DNA of 64,000 bases, from assembly GCA_963590165.1 (NCBI GenBank), contig CAVANO010000011.1, positions 12,988-76,987 on the forward strand, given 5' to 3'. Positions 56,201 through 64,000 of the stretch are shown one piece after another. The stretch comes from Anaerovoracaceae bacterium. Its GTDB lineage: Bacteria > Bacillota > Clostridia > Christensenellales > Aristaeellaceae. The notes under the pieces were generated by a model, which saw only the letters and a list, made by a program, of their open reading frames with translations, did no database searches and had not been told where the DNA came from. A program made the translations under genes and the position numbers. Positions within the stretch are counted from its first letter, which is position 1, and each line of letters begins with the position of its first letter.

Positions 56201-57292
56201 ATGCAGCAGGAGCAGCAGCTTCTGTCTGAGTCCATGCTGTCTATGATGACGCAGAGCGGTCAGCCGTTGAAAAACAATGCGTCCATGCCCGTTTATGCAT
56301 GGCGGCTGCTTCGCTGGGAGGCGGATGTTCCGCTGACGGAAGAGCAGAGGCAGGCGCTGCTTGGGATTGTGCCCGAGGCAATGGCGCTTTGCGGCGTCAG
56401 TGCAGCATGCTTCGCGGCAGACGGCGATGTGATGACCATTCTGCTGGCGCTGACGAGCTTTCCGGCAAGGGCGCACCGCGCACCGGTGCTGTGGCTCTGC
56501 GCCCATGCGCTGATTGAAAAGGCATCCGTCACGCTGGAGCAGGACGGCACCATGTTCATCGGCGAGGAATTCGACAATCCTGCCGAATGGACGGAGCATC
56601 TGCGCCCGATGCGTGAAATCAGCGACTGGTGGACGCATGCTTCGCCCATGGACGGCGCCACCGCGCACCGCCATCGCAAGGAACTGCAGACATGCATCAA
56701 GCGGCGGCAATATGCCGTGCTGGGCGGCTATGTGTCGCGTGCGCTGCGCGAGGATCAACAGCTGTCAGTAACCTGCTTCGCCTTCGTTCCGCTGGTGATT
56801 GAGGCGGTCTGGAGTCAGCACGCGGAGCTGCCGCTGCAGACGCTGACGGAAGGGCTGAATCTCAACGAGATGACGCGCCGGCCGCGGGAAACGCTGCTGA
56901 GCTGGCTGGCGCTGCTTCCGCCGAGGCTCCGCGCCTGTCCGCAGACCGCCAGCATTGAGCCGATTGAAAAGGTCATTGACTCCATCCGGGCGGACTGCTC
57001 TTTGCCGTATTCGCAGACGAACCTGAGCCGCTCGCTCGGACTGACACCCGCGTATTTCTGCCGGCTGTTCCGCGACAAGACCGGACAGCATTTTTCGACC
57101 TTCCTGACGCGTACGCGCATGGAAAAGGCACAGCAGCTGCTATCGGAGCAGCCGCCGCTTCTGCTCGGCGACATCAGCGCCGCATGCGGCTATCCCAACA
57201 AGAGCTATTTCTGTCAGGTGTTCAAGAAATACACCGGCATGACGCCCGGCGAATATCAAGCCGTCGCGGCAGAGCAGCATCCGGCTGGGTAA
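56201..57292 (+). CDS. AraC-family transcriptional regulator
   Basis: C-terminal HTH pair ...LSRSLGLTPAYFCRLFRDKTG...GYPNKSYFCQVFKKYTGMTPGEYQ. Confidence 0.8.
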   Translation: MQQEQQLLSESMLSMMTQSGQPLKNNASMPVYAWRLLRWEADVPLTEEQRQALLGIVPEAMALCGVSAACFAADGDVMTILLALTSFPARAHRAPVLWLCAHALIEKASVTLEQDGTMFIGEEFDNPAEWTEHLRPMREISDWWTHASPMDGATAHRHRKELQTCIKRRQYAVLGGYVSRALREDQQLSVTCFAFVPLVIEAVWSQHAELPLQTLTEGLNLNEMTRRPRETLLSWLALLPPRLRACPQTASIEPIEKVIDSIRADCSLPYSQTNLSRSLGLTPAYFCRLFRDKTGQHFSTFLTRTRMEKAQQLLSEQPPLLLGDISAACGYPNKSYFCQVFKKYTGMTPGEYQAVAAEQHPAG

Positions 57293-57398
57293 CGTTTTCT
57301 GCAGCATATGATCCGGCGGATGAAATGGTTGGGTTTCATCCGCCTGTTTTTTGTAGTTTCCTCGGCAGTGATAAAAACATGTAAAAGGAGGAATCAGC

Positions 57399-59345
57399 TT
57401 GAAACGAATGCGATGGATACTCTGCCTGCTGATGTGCATCGCGCTGCTCGCGGCAGGATTGCCATTTTCGCTGGCAGCGGATGCCTCATCGGATGAAGCG
57501 CCGACCGTGCGGGTGCTCCTGCGGCGGCTGCAGCTGACCGACCGTGCCGACCTTACGCTCGATGGCGCGTATACCGTGCTGGTGAACGGTCAGGCACTGC
57601 TTGCGCTGCCGGAGGATGCCGAGGTGACTGTGCAAATCCGCTCCGGCGAGCTGTATTTGTTTTACAGCGGCATGAGCCTTCGCCTCGGGAAAAGCGCGGT
57701 GTTCCAGCGGAATCAATCCGCCACGGATATGCCCGGGCTGCGCTTCAGCAAGACAGGTAACCTGTACCCCGGCACGCTGTCGCTGTCCATCGAGAACGGG
57801 CTGCTCGTGCCCATCCTGACGCTGTCGGTCGAAGACTACCTGCTCGGCGTCGTGCCGTATGAGATGAGCGACAGCTTTCCGCTTGAGGCGCTCAAGGCGC
57901 AGGCAGTCTGTGCACGCACCTATGCGCTGTCACACCTGAATTCCTCCCGAACCTATGACGTTGTCGACACAACGAACGATCAGGTTTTCCGCGGCGTTGA
58001 TGCATCGACCACCAATGCCGCCCGCGCCGTCAAGGAGACGGCAGGCATTGTCGGCACCTACAACGGCAAGCTCGCTGAGTGCTTCTACAGCGCCAGCAAC
58101 GGCGGTCAGACCGAGCTGGTGCAAAACGTCTGGTCCGGCAGCGGCGATTACAGCTATTACGCCATGGTCGATGATCCGTATGACCTGGAGAATCCGCTGA
58201 GCATCGTCCGCACGGTGAAAATCGGCAAGGACGGCAGCATGCCTGATGCGCTCAAAACGCTGCTGCACGAGAAGATGCTCGCGGAACTGATTCAGGGCGG
58301 CTATTCCGAGGCACTGGAGGACTTCCGCATCGACAGCATCTCCGCGGTGTCCGCCGAAACACCGTTATTCGATGCGCCGAGCCGCCGCATGAGCGAGCTG
58401 GTCATCACCTTCACCTGGTCAGGCAAGAAGCAACTTGCCGATATTCTGCCCTCTGCCACCGCCGCGACCAGTGCTTCGGCTGACTACGCGGTTCCGTCCG
58501 CCGTCGATGAGGATTGGGACTTGGGCGACAGCACCGCCATGCCGACTGACACGCCATCCCCCTTGCCGACCGAAACGCCGACAACTGTCCCGACGCCCGA
58601 CCCGACCGTGCAGCTGACCGACTTCCTTTCCGGCGGCGAAGCGACCGTTACGCTTGCCCTGAGCAGCAGCGTCATCACCGCGCTGTCCCTGCACATCTCC
58701 GGCAGCGAGGTCATCTCTGTCACAGAGGAGGACAGCCGCTTTCTCGTGCAGGCACGGCGCTACGGGCACGGCGTCGGCATGAGCCAGCGCGGTGCGCAGT
58801 GGATGGCAAGCCGCTACGGCAAGACCTTCGATGAGATTCTCGCCTTTTATTATCCGGGCATGACGCTGATGAAGACGTCTTCCGGTGATTTGACGCTGCC
58901 GACCGTGCCGTCTGCACTCGCCGACACGCCCGCACCGGCCGCCACCGCGACCCCGAAGCCCACGCTGATGCCTGTCACGACCGATTCTCTGCCCGATGGC
59001 GCGACTGTCATGTACGTCAACGCCTCCAGTTTGAATCTCCGCGCAGAGCCGAGCATGGCTGCCGACCTGCTGATGCGCCTGCAGTCCGGTCAGCAGGTTA
59101 TTGTCCTGGAAACGTGCGATGACCCGGAGTGGGTGCACGTCCGCACGGATGTCATCGAGGGCTACTGCATGGTCAGCTACCTCGCCGCCGCTGACGCTTC
59201 GTCCGCCCAGCCTTCGCAGCATGTCACTGTCACGCCGGCTGTACCGGCAACGCCGGAGGTATCGGCAACGCCGGAGGTACCGGCAACGCCGGAGGTACCA
59301 GCAACACCGGAGGTGCCGGCAACGCCGGCGCCGGATCCTGAATAA
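57399..59345 (+). CDS. SpoIID/LytB-domain protein with SH3-like domain and Pro-rich repeats
   Basis: TTG start 6 nt after GGAGGA (alternative ATG 57408). Signal peptide. EDYLLGVVPYEM...ALKAQAVCARTYAL, GHGVGMSQRGA. C-terminal SH3b-like region, then the (PATPEV)n tail. Confidence 0.85.
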   Translation: MKRMRWILCLLMCIALLAAGLPFSLAADASSDEAPTVRVLLRRLQLTDRADLTLDGAYTVLVNGQALLALPEDAEVTVQIRSGELYLFYSGMSLRLGKSAVFQRNQSATDMPGLRFSKTGNLYPGTLSLSIENGLLVPILTLSVEDYLLGVVPYEMSDSFPLEALKAQAVCARTYALSHLNSSRTYDVVDTTNDQVFRGVDASTTNAARAVKETAGIVGTYNGKLAECFYSASNGGQTELVQNVWSGSGDYSYYAMVDDPYDLENPLSIVRTVKIGKDGSMPDALKTLLHEKMLAELIQGGYSEALEDFRIDSISAVSAETPLFDAPSRRMSELVITFTWSGKKQLADILPSATAATSASADYAVPSAVDEDWDLGDSTAMPTDTPSPLPTETPTTVPTPDPTVQLTDFLSGGEATVTLALSSSVITALSLHISGSEVISVTEEDSRFLVQARRYGHGVGMSQRGAQWMASRYGKTFDEILAFYYPGMTLMKTSSGDLTLPTVPSALADTPAPAATATPKPTLMPVTTDSLPDGATVMYVNASSLNLRAEPSMAADLLMRLQSGQQVIVLETCDDPEWVHVRTDVIEGYCMVSYLAAADASSAQPSQHVTVTPAVPATPEVSATPEVPATPEVPATPEVPATPAPDPE

Positions 59346-59367
59346 CCCCACAGAAAGGAGCATTCCC

Positions 59368-60060
59368 ATGTCCCTGACCCCCTCTGATATCGCTGCCATG
59401 CTCGACCACAGCACCCTTCAGCCGTACCTCACCGAGGACGACATCCGCCGGGGCTGCGAGCTGGCGCTCCAGTACCGCACTGCATCCGTCTGCGCGCGTC
59501 CGTGCGATGTGCCGATTCTTGCCGAAATGCTTCAGGGCAGCGGCGTGAAGGTCTGCACCGTCATCGGCTTTCCGCACGGCGCACACGCCTCTGAAATCAA
59601 GCTTGCCGAGGCGCGTCTGGCGCTGCAGCAGGGCTGCGAAGAGCTCGACATGGTCATCAACATCGGCAGGATGATTCACGGCGATGAGGACTATGTCCGC
59701 AACGAAATTCGGCAGATTTGCGAACTGGCGCACGGGCAGCATGCGATTGTCAAGGTCATCCTTGAAACGTGCTACCTGACCGACGCGCAGAAGAAACGCT
59801 GCTGCGAGCTGGCGGAAGAAGCCGGTGCGGATTTCGTCAAGACCTCAACCGGCTACGGCTCGGCAGGATGCAAAATCGAGGACATCCGCCTGATGCGTGC
59901 CGCAGTCTCTCCGCACGTGCGCGTCAAGGGATCCGGCGGTATCCGCGACCTCGACACGGTTCTGGCGCTGCGTGCAGCCGGGGCTGACCGCTGCGGCGTA
60001 TCCGCAACCGCGAAAATCATGGCTGAAGCCGAAGAACGATTCAAAGCCGGAACACTGTAA
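59368..60060 (+). CDS. deoC: Deoxyribose-phosphate aldolase
   Basis: ORF 59101..60060. ATG 59368 lies after AAAGGAG. IAAMLDHSTLQP, VCTVIGFPHG, FVKTSTGY (Schiff-base Lys), VKGSGGIR. Confidence 0.9.
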   Translation: MSLTPSDIAAMLDHSTLQPYLTEDDIRRGCELALQYRTASVCARPCDVPILAEMLQGSGVKVCTVIGFPHGAHASEIKLAEARLALQQGCEELDMVINIGRMIHGDEDYVRNEIRQICELAHGQHAIVKVILETCYLTDAQKKRCCELAEEAGADFVKTSTGYGSAGCKIEDIRLMRAAVSPHVRVKGSGGIRDLDTVLALRAAGADRCGVSATAKIMAEAEERFKAGTL

Positions 60061-60073
60061 AATGGCATAACAA

Positions 60074-60108
60074 AAACCTGCTGCTTGTGATAAGCAACAG
60101 GTTTTTTT
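60074..60108. terminator. Bidirectional terminator between deoC and argS
   Basis: AAACCTGCTGCTT-gtgat-AAGCAACAGGTTT followed by TTTT, preceded by an A-run. Confidence 0.75.
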
Positions 60109-60120
60109 CGCAGACCTGCT

Positions 60121-61848
60121 TTACATGCGTTCGGGTGCTTCGATGCCAATCAGCCAGAGCCCTGTCTTAATGACATCCTTGACCGCCTTCGTCAGCGCAA
60201 CACGTGCCGCCGCGGTCGCAGGCTCATCATCCAGAATGCGGTGTTCATAATAGAACTTATTATACCCCTGCGCGATATCGGTAACCGCTCTCGTAATCAT
60301 AGACGGCTCATACTTATCCGCCGCCTCCGCAATGACGTCCGGGAAACGACCCAGCATGCGCAGCAGCGCCTGCGCCTCGTCATCGGTCAGGGCAGCCATG
60401 TCTGCCTCAGGCAGCGACAAATCCGCAGCCTTGCGCAGCACCGAGCAGCACCGCGCGTGCGTGTACTGTACATACGGACCCGTCTCGCCGTCGAAATTCA
60501 GTGCGCGTTCCCACGAGAAGTCAACGTCCTTGATGCGATTGTTGCTCAAATCGGTGTATACAACCGCGCCGATGCCGACCTGCCGTGCGACTTCCTCCTT
60601 GTTCGGGAGGTTCGGAGACTTCTCGTTGATGATTTCCAGCGCCTTCTTCTGCGCCTGATCCAGCAGATCCTCCAGATAAACAACGTGTCCCTTCCGGGTG
60701 GACAGCGCCTGACCCTCGTAGGAGATCATGCCGAAGGCGACATGCACGCAGTTCTTCGACCATGCATAGCCCATCTTCTCCAGCACGCGGAAAATCTGCC
60801 GGAAATGCAGATCCTGCTGATACGCCACGACATACAGGCATTTGTCGAAATGATATGTATCCTGCCGATAGAGCGCCGCAGCCAGATCGCGCGTGGCATA
60901 GAGCGTCGCGCCGTCGGAGCGGAGGATAATGCACGGCGGCATGTTATCCTCGCTCAGGTCAACAATGGACGCACCCTCGGAGACGGTCAGCAGGTTCTTC
61001 TCCTTCAGCTCGTTGATGACACGATCCATCTTATCGTTATAGAACGATTCGCCGGCGTAGGAGTCAAACGTTACGCCGAGCAGCTTATAAACGCGCTCGG
61101 TATCGCGCAGTGTGAGCGCCTTGAACCAGTTGAAGATGCGCAGCGCTTCCTCATCGCCGTCCTCAATCTTCTTGAACCACGCGCGACCCTGATCGTCCAA
61201 TGCAGGATCCTTTTCTGCCTCCTCATGGAACTTGACGTACAGGCGCACCAGCTCCGTTACGCCGCCCTTTTCGACTTCTTTCTCATTGCCCCAGAGCTTA
61301 TAGGCGCAGATCATCTTGCCGAACTGCGTGCCCCAGTCGCCGAGGTGATTGATGCCGACCGTCTTATAGCCGAGGAAATCGTAAATGCGGCGCAGACTAT
61401 GGCCGATCATCGTTGTCGACAGATGACCGATATGAAAGCGCTTGGCGATATTGATCGAGGAATAGTCCAGGCAGATGGTTTTGCCGTTGCCCTGATCGGA
61501 CGAGCCGTAGCGTTCGCCGCTTGCGAGGATTGCACCGAGCGTTTCCGCTGCGAAATTGACACGGTTCAGGAAGAAATTGACATAGCCGTTGACAGCCTCT
61601 GCGCGCGCGACATCCTCATGCGACCACTTTTCAACCACCGTCGCGGCGATTTTCGGCGGCGCCATCCGCAGCGCCTTTGCCAGGCGGAAGACGGGCAGCG
61701 CATAATCACCCATCTGCGGATCCGGCGGAACCGCCAGCAGTGCGCGGATTTCTTCCGCGGTCGGCAATCCCTGCGCATCAGGCCAGATTTCCGTCAGGCA
61801 ATTTGCCGCCATGCCTGCCAGCTTCGTTTTCATATCCATTGGCTTCAT
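60121..61848 (-). CDS. argS: Arginine--tRNA ligase
   Basis: 575 aa. HIGH-type motif FHIGHLSTTMIGH, class I core, C-terminal DALR anticodon-binding region. Start may instead be the ATG at 61839 or 61833. Confidence 0.92.
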   Translation of the reverse strand: MKPMDMKTKLAGMAANCLTEIWPDAQGLPTAEEIRALLAVPPDPQMGDYALPVFRLAKALRMAPPKIAATVVEKWSHEDVARAEAVNGYVNFFLNRVNFAAETLGAILASGERYGSSDQGNGKTICLDYSSINIAKRFHIGHLSTTMIGHSLRRIYDFLGYKTVGINHLGDWGTQFGKMICAYKLWGNEKEVEKGGVTELVRLYVKFHEEAEKDPALDDQGRAWFKKIEDGDEEALRIFNWFKALTLRDTERVYKLLGVTFDSYAGESFYNDKMDRVINELKEKNLLTVSEGASIVDLSEDNMPPCIILRSDGATLYATRDLAAALYRQDTYHFDKCLYVVAYQQDLHFRQIFRVLEKMGYAWSKNCVHVAFGMISYEGQALSTRKGHVVYLEDLLDQAQKKALEIINEKSPNLPNKEEVARQVGIGAVVYTDLSNNRIKDVDFSWERALNFDGETGPYVQYTHARCCSVLRKAADLSLPEADMAALTDDEAQALLRMLGRFPDVIAEAADKYEPSMITRAVTDIAQGYNKFYYEHRILDDEPATAAARVALTKAVKDVIKTGLWLIGIEAPERM

Positions 61849-61878
61849 TGCTCCTTGTCATCCAGTTTATCCAAAGCT

Positions 61879-61907
61879 ATCATAACACATTTTCCCTTGC
61901 GGTGCAA
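61879..61907 (-). promoter_or_regulatory. sigma-70-type promoter of argS
   Basis: Minus strand: TTGCAC (61902-61907), 17 nt, TATGAT (61879-61884). The -35 box abuts a repeat-family module. Confidence 0.5.
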
Positions 61908-61909
61908 CA

Positions 61910-61976
61910 GGGTGAACACAGGCTTCGCCTGTTTTATAGCCCTTGGCAGTTTGCTAAAGCTCAATGATGAAAATGA
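61910..61976 (-). repeat. Solo repeat module related to the array B/C units
   Basis: Minus strand: TCATTTTCATCATTGAGCTTTAGCAAACTGCCAAGGGCTATAAAACAGGCgaaGCCTGTgttcaccc. Compare array B ...TTAGCAAATTGACAGGGGGCGATAGAACAGGCaaaGCCTG. Confidence 0.7.
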
Positions 61977-62089
61977 AACCCTTTTGCATAGTTTTGCAGC
62001 AAAATTCATAAAATCTTCACATAATGAATGCCAATTTTACACCGATTTGATGTATACTGAAAATAGCAAGATAAACGGAGGTGATCACC

Positions 62090-62851
62090 ATGGCGAATGT
62101 CCAATGCTCCTTTGAGCGCGTGGAGAAGAAATTCCTGCTGACGCAGCTGCAGGCAAAGGCGCTTCTGCATGATTTGCGCACCTATATGGAAATCGACCAG
62201 TACGGTCGGCACACGATCCGGAATCTGTATTTTGATACACCGGATTACGCGGTGATCCGCCGCTCTGTGCTCAAGCCGGTTTATAAGGTGAAATTCCGCC
62301 TTCGCGCATACGGTACGCCGGCGCGTGATACGCTGGTGTTCGCAGAGCTGAAGAAGAAGTATAAGGGGATCGTCTATAAGCGCCGCATTGCCGCCGCGCC
62401 GGAGGAACTGTCACGTTTCCTGCAGGGGGTGATGCTTCCGGACGAGCCGAACGTGCAGATTCAGCGCGAGCTGCACCGGTATCTGCAGGAGCATCCGGTT
62501 GCGCCGCGCGTGCTGCTGTCGTATGAGCGGATTGCACTGTTCGGGCGCGAGGATTCCGCGCTGCGCGTGACGTTTGACACGAACCTGCGCTTCCGGACGG
62601 ATCGCCTGGAGCAGTTCACGGATGATTCAGGGCGGCTGATCTGCGATGACAATCCGGTCGTGCTGGAAATCAAGCTCGCGCATGCTGCACCGTTGTGGCT
62701 GACGCACCTGTTGAGCCGCCATCACTGCTACATGACGTCCTTCTCCAAATACGGCACGTGCTACCTGAAGCATCTGGCATGCAATGTGCCTGACATCCGT
62801 GCTATGATTCCCTGCGAAAGCAACAAAGGAGCAAACGAATATGTTTCTTGA
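62090..62851 (+). CDS. VTC-domain (polyphosphate polymerase-like) protein
   Basis: ORF 62081..62851. ATG 62090 lies 8 nt after GGAGG. FERVEKKFLL...IRNLYFDTPDY...VYKRRI pattern of bacterial VTC/CYTH-like proteins. Confidence 0.7.
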   Translation: MANVQCSFERVEKKFLLTQLQAKALLHDLRTYMEIDQYGRHTIRNLYFDTPDYAVIRRSVLKPVYKVKFRLRAYGTPARDTLVFAELKKKYKGIVYKRRIAAAPEELSRFLQGVMLPDEPNVQIQRELHRYLQEHPVAPRVLLSYERIALFGREDSALRVTFDTNLRFRTDRLEQFTDDSGRLICDDNPVVLEIKLAHAAPLWLTHLLSRHHCYMTSFSKYGTCYLKHLACNVPDIRAMIPCESNKGANEYVS

Positions 62852-63506
62852 TTCCATTCTCCCTTCGACATTGACCGTTCCTTCCCTGCTGATGTGCCTC
62901 GGCGCATCGTTGGTTCTGGGCATTCTCACGGCGATTGTGTTCACGCGCGGCTGCCGCCATTCCGCATCGTTCGCGCTGACGCTTGCGCTCCTGCCGATGA
63001 CCGTCGCGCTGGTGATTATGCTGGTCAACGGCAGCATCGGCACAGGGCTTGCCGTCGCGGGCACATTCGCGCTGGTGCGTTTCCGTTCGATTCCCGGCAC
63101 GGCGCGCGAGATTGCCGCCATTTTCACGGCGGTCGCCATCGGGCTGGCAATGGGCACGGGTATGCTGGGCATTGCGGTGATTTTCTTCGTGCTGTCTGCT
63201 GCAGCCGTGCTGATTCTGACCGCACTGCATTTCGGCGAACCGGCAAAGAACGAGAAGCAGCTGCGCATCACCGTGCCGGAAGACCTTGACTACGAGCACG
63301 CATTCACGGAAGTGTTCGCCGCGCATCAGGTGAAGGCTACGCTGGAAAAGGTGCATTCGGTCAGCATGGGTACGCTGTTTGAGCTGACGTATCAGCTGAA
63401 GCTGCCCGGGGATATTCCGTCGAAGGCACTGATGGATGATTTACGTGAGCGCAACGGCAATTTGCCGATCCTATTTACATCCGCTGCGGATGATGGCATG
63501 ATGTAA
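62841..63506 (+). CDS. DUF4956-domain membrane protein
   Basis: AAAGGAG RBS, 11-nt overlap with the VTC gene. 3-4 TM helices. FALVRFRSIPGTAREIAAIF motif. Usual partner of VTC-domain genes. Confidence 0.7.
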   Translation: MFLDSILPSTLTVPSLLMCLGASLVLGILTAIVFTRGCRHSASFALTLALLPMTVALVIMLVNGSIGTGLAVAGTFALVRFRSIPGTAREIAAIFTAVAIGLAMGTGMLGIAVIFFVLSAAAVLILTALHFGEPAKNEKQLRITVPEDLDYEHAFTEVFAAHQVKATLEKVHSVSMGTLFELTYQLKLPGDIPSKALMDDLRERNGNLPILFTSAADDGMM

Positions 63507-63512
63507 CAGGCA

Positions 63513-63875
63513 GGCTTCGCGGACTTCGCAGACTTCGCGGACTTCGTCCGTTTTTTCAGACTTCGCAGACTTCGTCTGTCTTTTTCAGGCTTTGCCTGAT
63601 TTTGACCCCTTCGGGTAAGTACCCTGCGAAGGGGTTCGGGGACGACCGCAAAGCCCCCGAAACAGAATATAGCGATCTCCAATACCCAATAGAGTAGCAA
63701 TAAAAAAAGCCTTCGGGTAAGCGCACTGCGAAGGGGTTCGGGGGCGAGCGCAAAGCCCCCGAAACAGAATATAGTTATCCCCAATACCCAATAGAGTAGC
63801 AATAAAAACCCCTTCGGGTAAGTACCCTGCGAAGGGTTTCGGGGGCGAGCGCAAAGCCCCCGAAATAGACATTCC
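63513..63875. repeat. Array F: GACTTCG mini-hairpin cluster followed by a 101/102-bp unit x about 2.6
   Basis: CGGACttcGTCCGtttttt and CAGACttcGTCTGtcttttt, then CCTTCGGGTAAG at 63608, 63710 and 63811. Each unit has CCCCTTCGGGTAagTACCCtgcGAAGGGG and TTCGGGGGCgagcgcaaaGCCCCCGAA. Confidence 0.9.
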
Positions 63876-63901
63876 CAATTCCCAAGAGAGCAGGTGAACA
63901 G

Positions 63902-64000
63902 ATGAAAAAATGTTTCATTTCCCTGATGACCATCATTGCAGCGATGATGCTGACCACCGCCTTGGCGGATGAAACCATCACACTGTCTCCAGCAGGGTCA
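63902..64000 (+). CDS. Secreted protein, N-terminal 33 codons only (runs off window end)
   Basis: ATG 63902 lies after AGGTGA. MKKCFISLMTIIAAMMLTTALADETITLSPAGS is a signal peptide. Sits downstream of VTC-DUF4956, where CotH-like genes are often found (not verifiable here). Confidence 0.55.
   Translation, partial: MKKCFISLMTIIAAMMLTTALADETITLSPAGS

Noticed and set aside
61849-62089. T-box leader upstream of argS (and upstream of the alaS-like gene at 46912-47067)
   Set aside because: The argS region is about 240 nt and is occupied by a promoter about 30 nt from the start, a repeat module and the divergent gene's signals. The alaS-like region is only about 155 nt. Neither has a T-box sequence or a terminator/antiterminator pair.
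1-64000. Prophage, integrative element, IS transposase, toxin-antitoxin, restriction-modification or other defence island
   Set aside because: No integrase, transposase, phage structural, nuclease/helicase or methyltransferase (other than rsmG) genes were recognised. Gene content is housekeeping and carbohydrate metabolism, and composition looks uniform by eye.

Overview
GC-rich (by eye about 55-60%, not computed) chromosomal segment that looks like Firmicutes/Clostridia. Evidence: GGAGG ribosome-binding sites, RNase Y, SpoIID, ECF S-component, ApbE, SMC and FtsK; an Oscillospiraceae/Ruminococcaceae-type gut anaerobe is a guess. I call about 46 protein genes, mostly housekeeping and carbohydrate use. 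In window order: a GPH sugar symporter (partial), AraC regulators, a MoxR-DUF58-transglutaminase operon, serC-serA, GNAT, MATE, YitT, EamA, smc, rsmG, two DUF218 genes plus an Fe-ADH, an AzgA-like permease, a domain-permuted GH3, rny, GH2 lacZ, a fucose-isomerase-like gene, ftsK, a short alaS-like gene, GH43, a NusG_II-ApbE-multi-FMN-binding flavinylation operon, a PanT-like ECF S-component, coaX, hom, aroB, spoIID-like, deoC, argS and VTC-DUF4956. I found no rRNA, tRNA, CRISPR, transposase, integrase or recognisable defence genes. The most unusual content is non-coding. A mosaic family of GC-rich hairpin modules occupies many intergenic gaps. It forms five tandem arrays with periods of 135, 111, 108, 94 and about 101 bp, plus solo copies. 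One two-hairpin module shows compensatory base changes and is always co-oriented with its flanking genes. Other leads: two MITE-like elements with 15-nt terminal inverted repeats, and an ORF-free leader of about 460 nt upstream of rny that has its own promoter and an intrinsic terminator. Further leads are a secreted stefin/cystatin-like protein, an AlaRS lacking the C-Ala domain, a SARP regulator fused to a degenerate GGDEF domain, and a self-contained Gly/Pro-rich mini-gene. All functional calls rest on motif recognition by eye; no database search was run.
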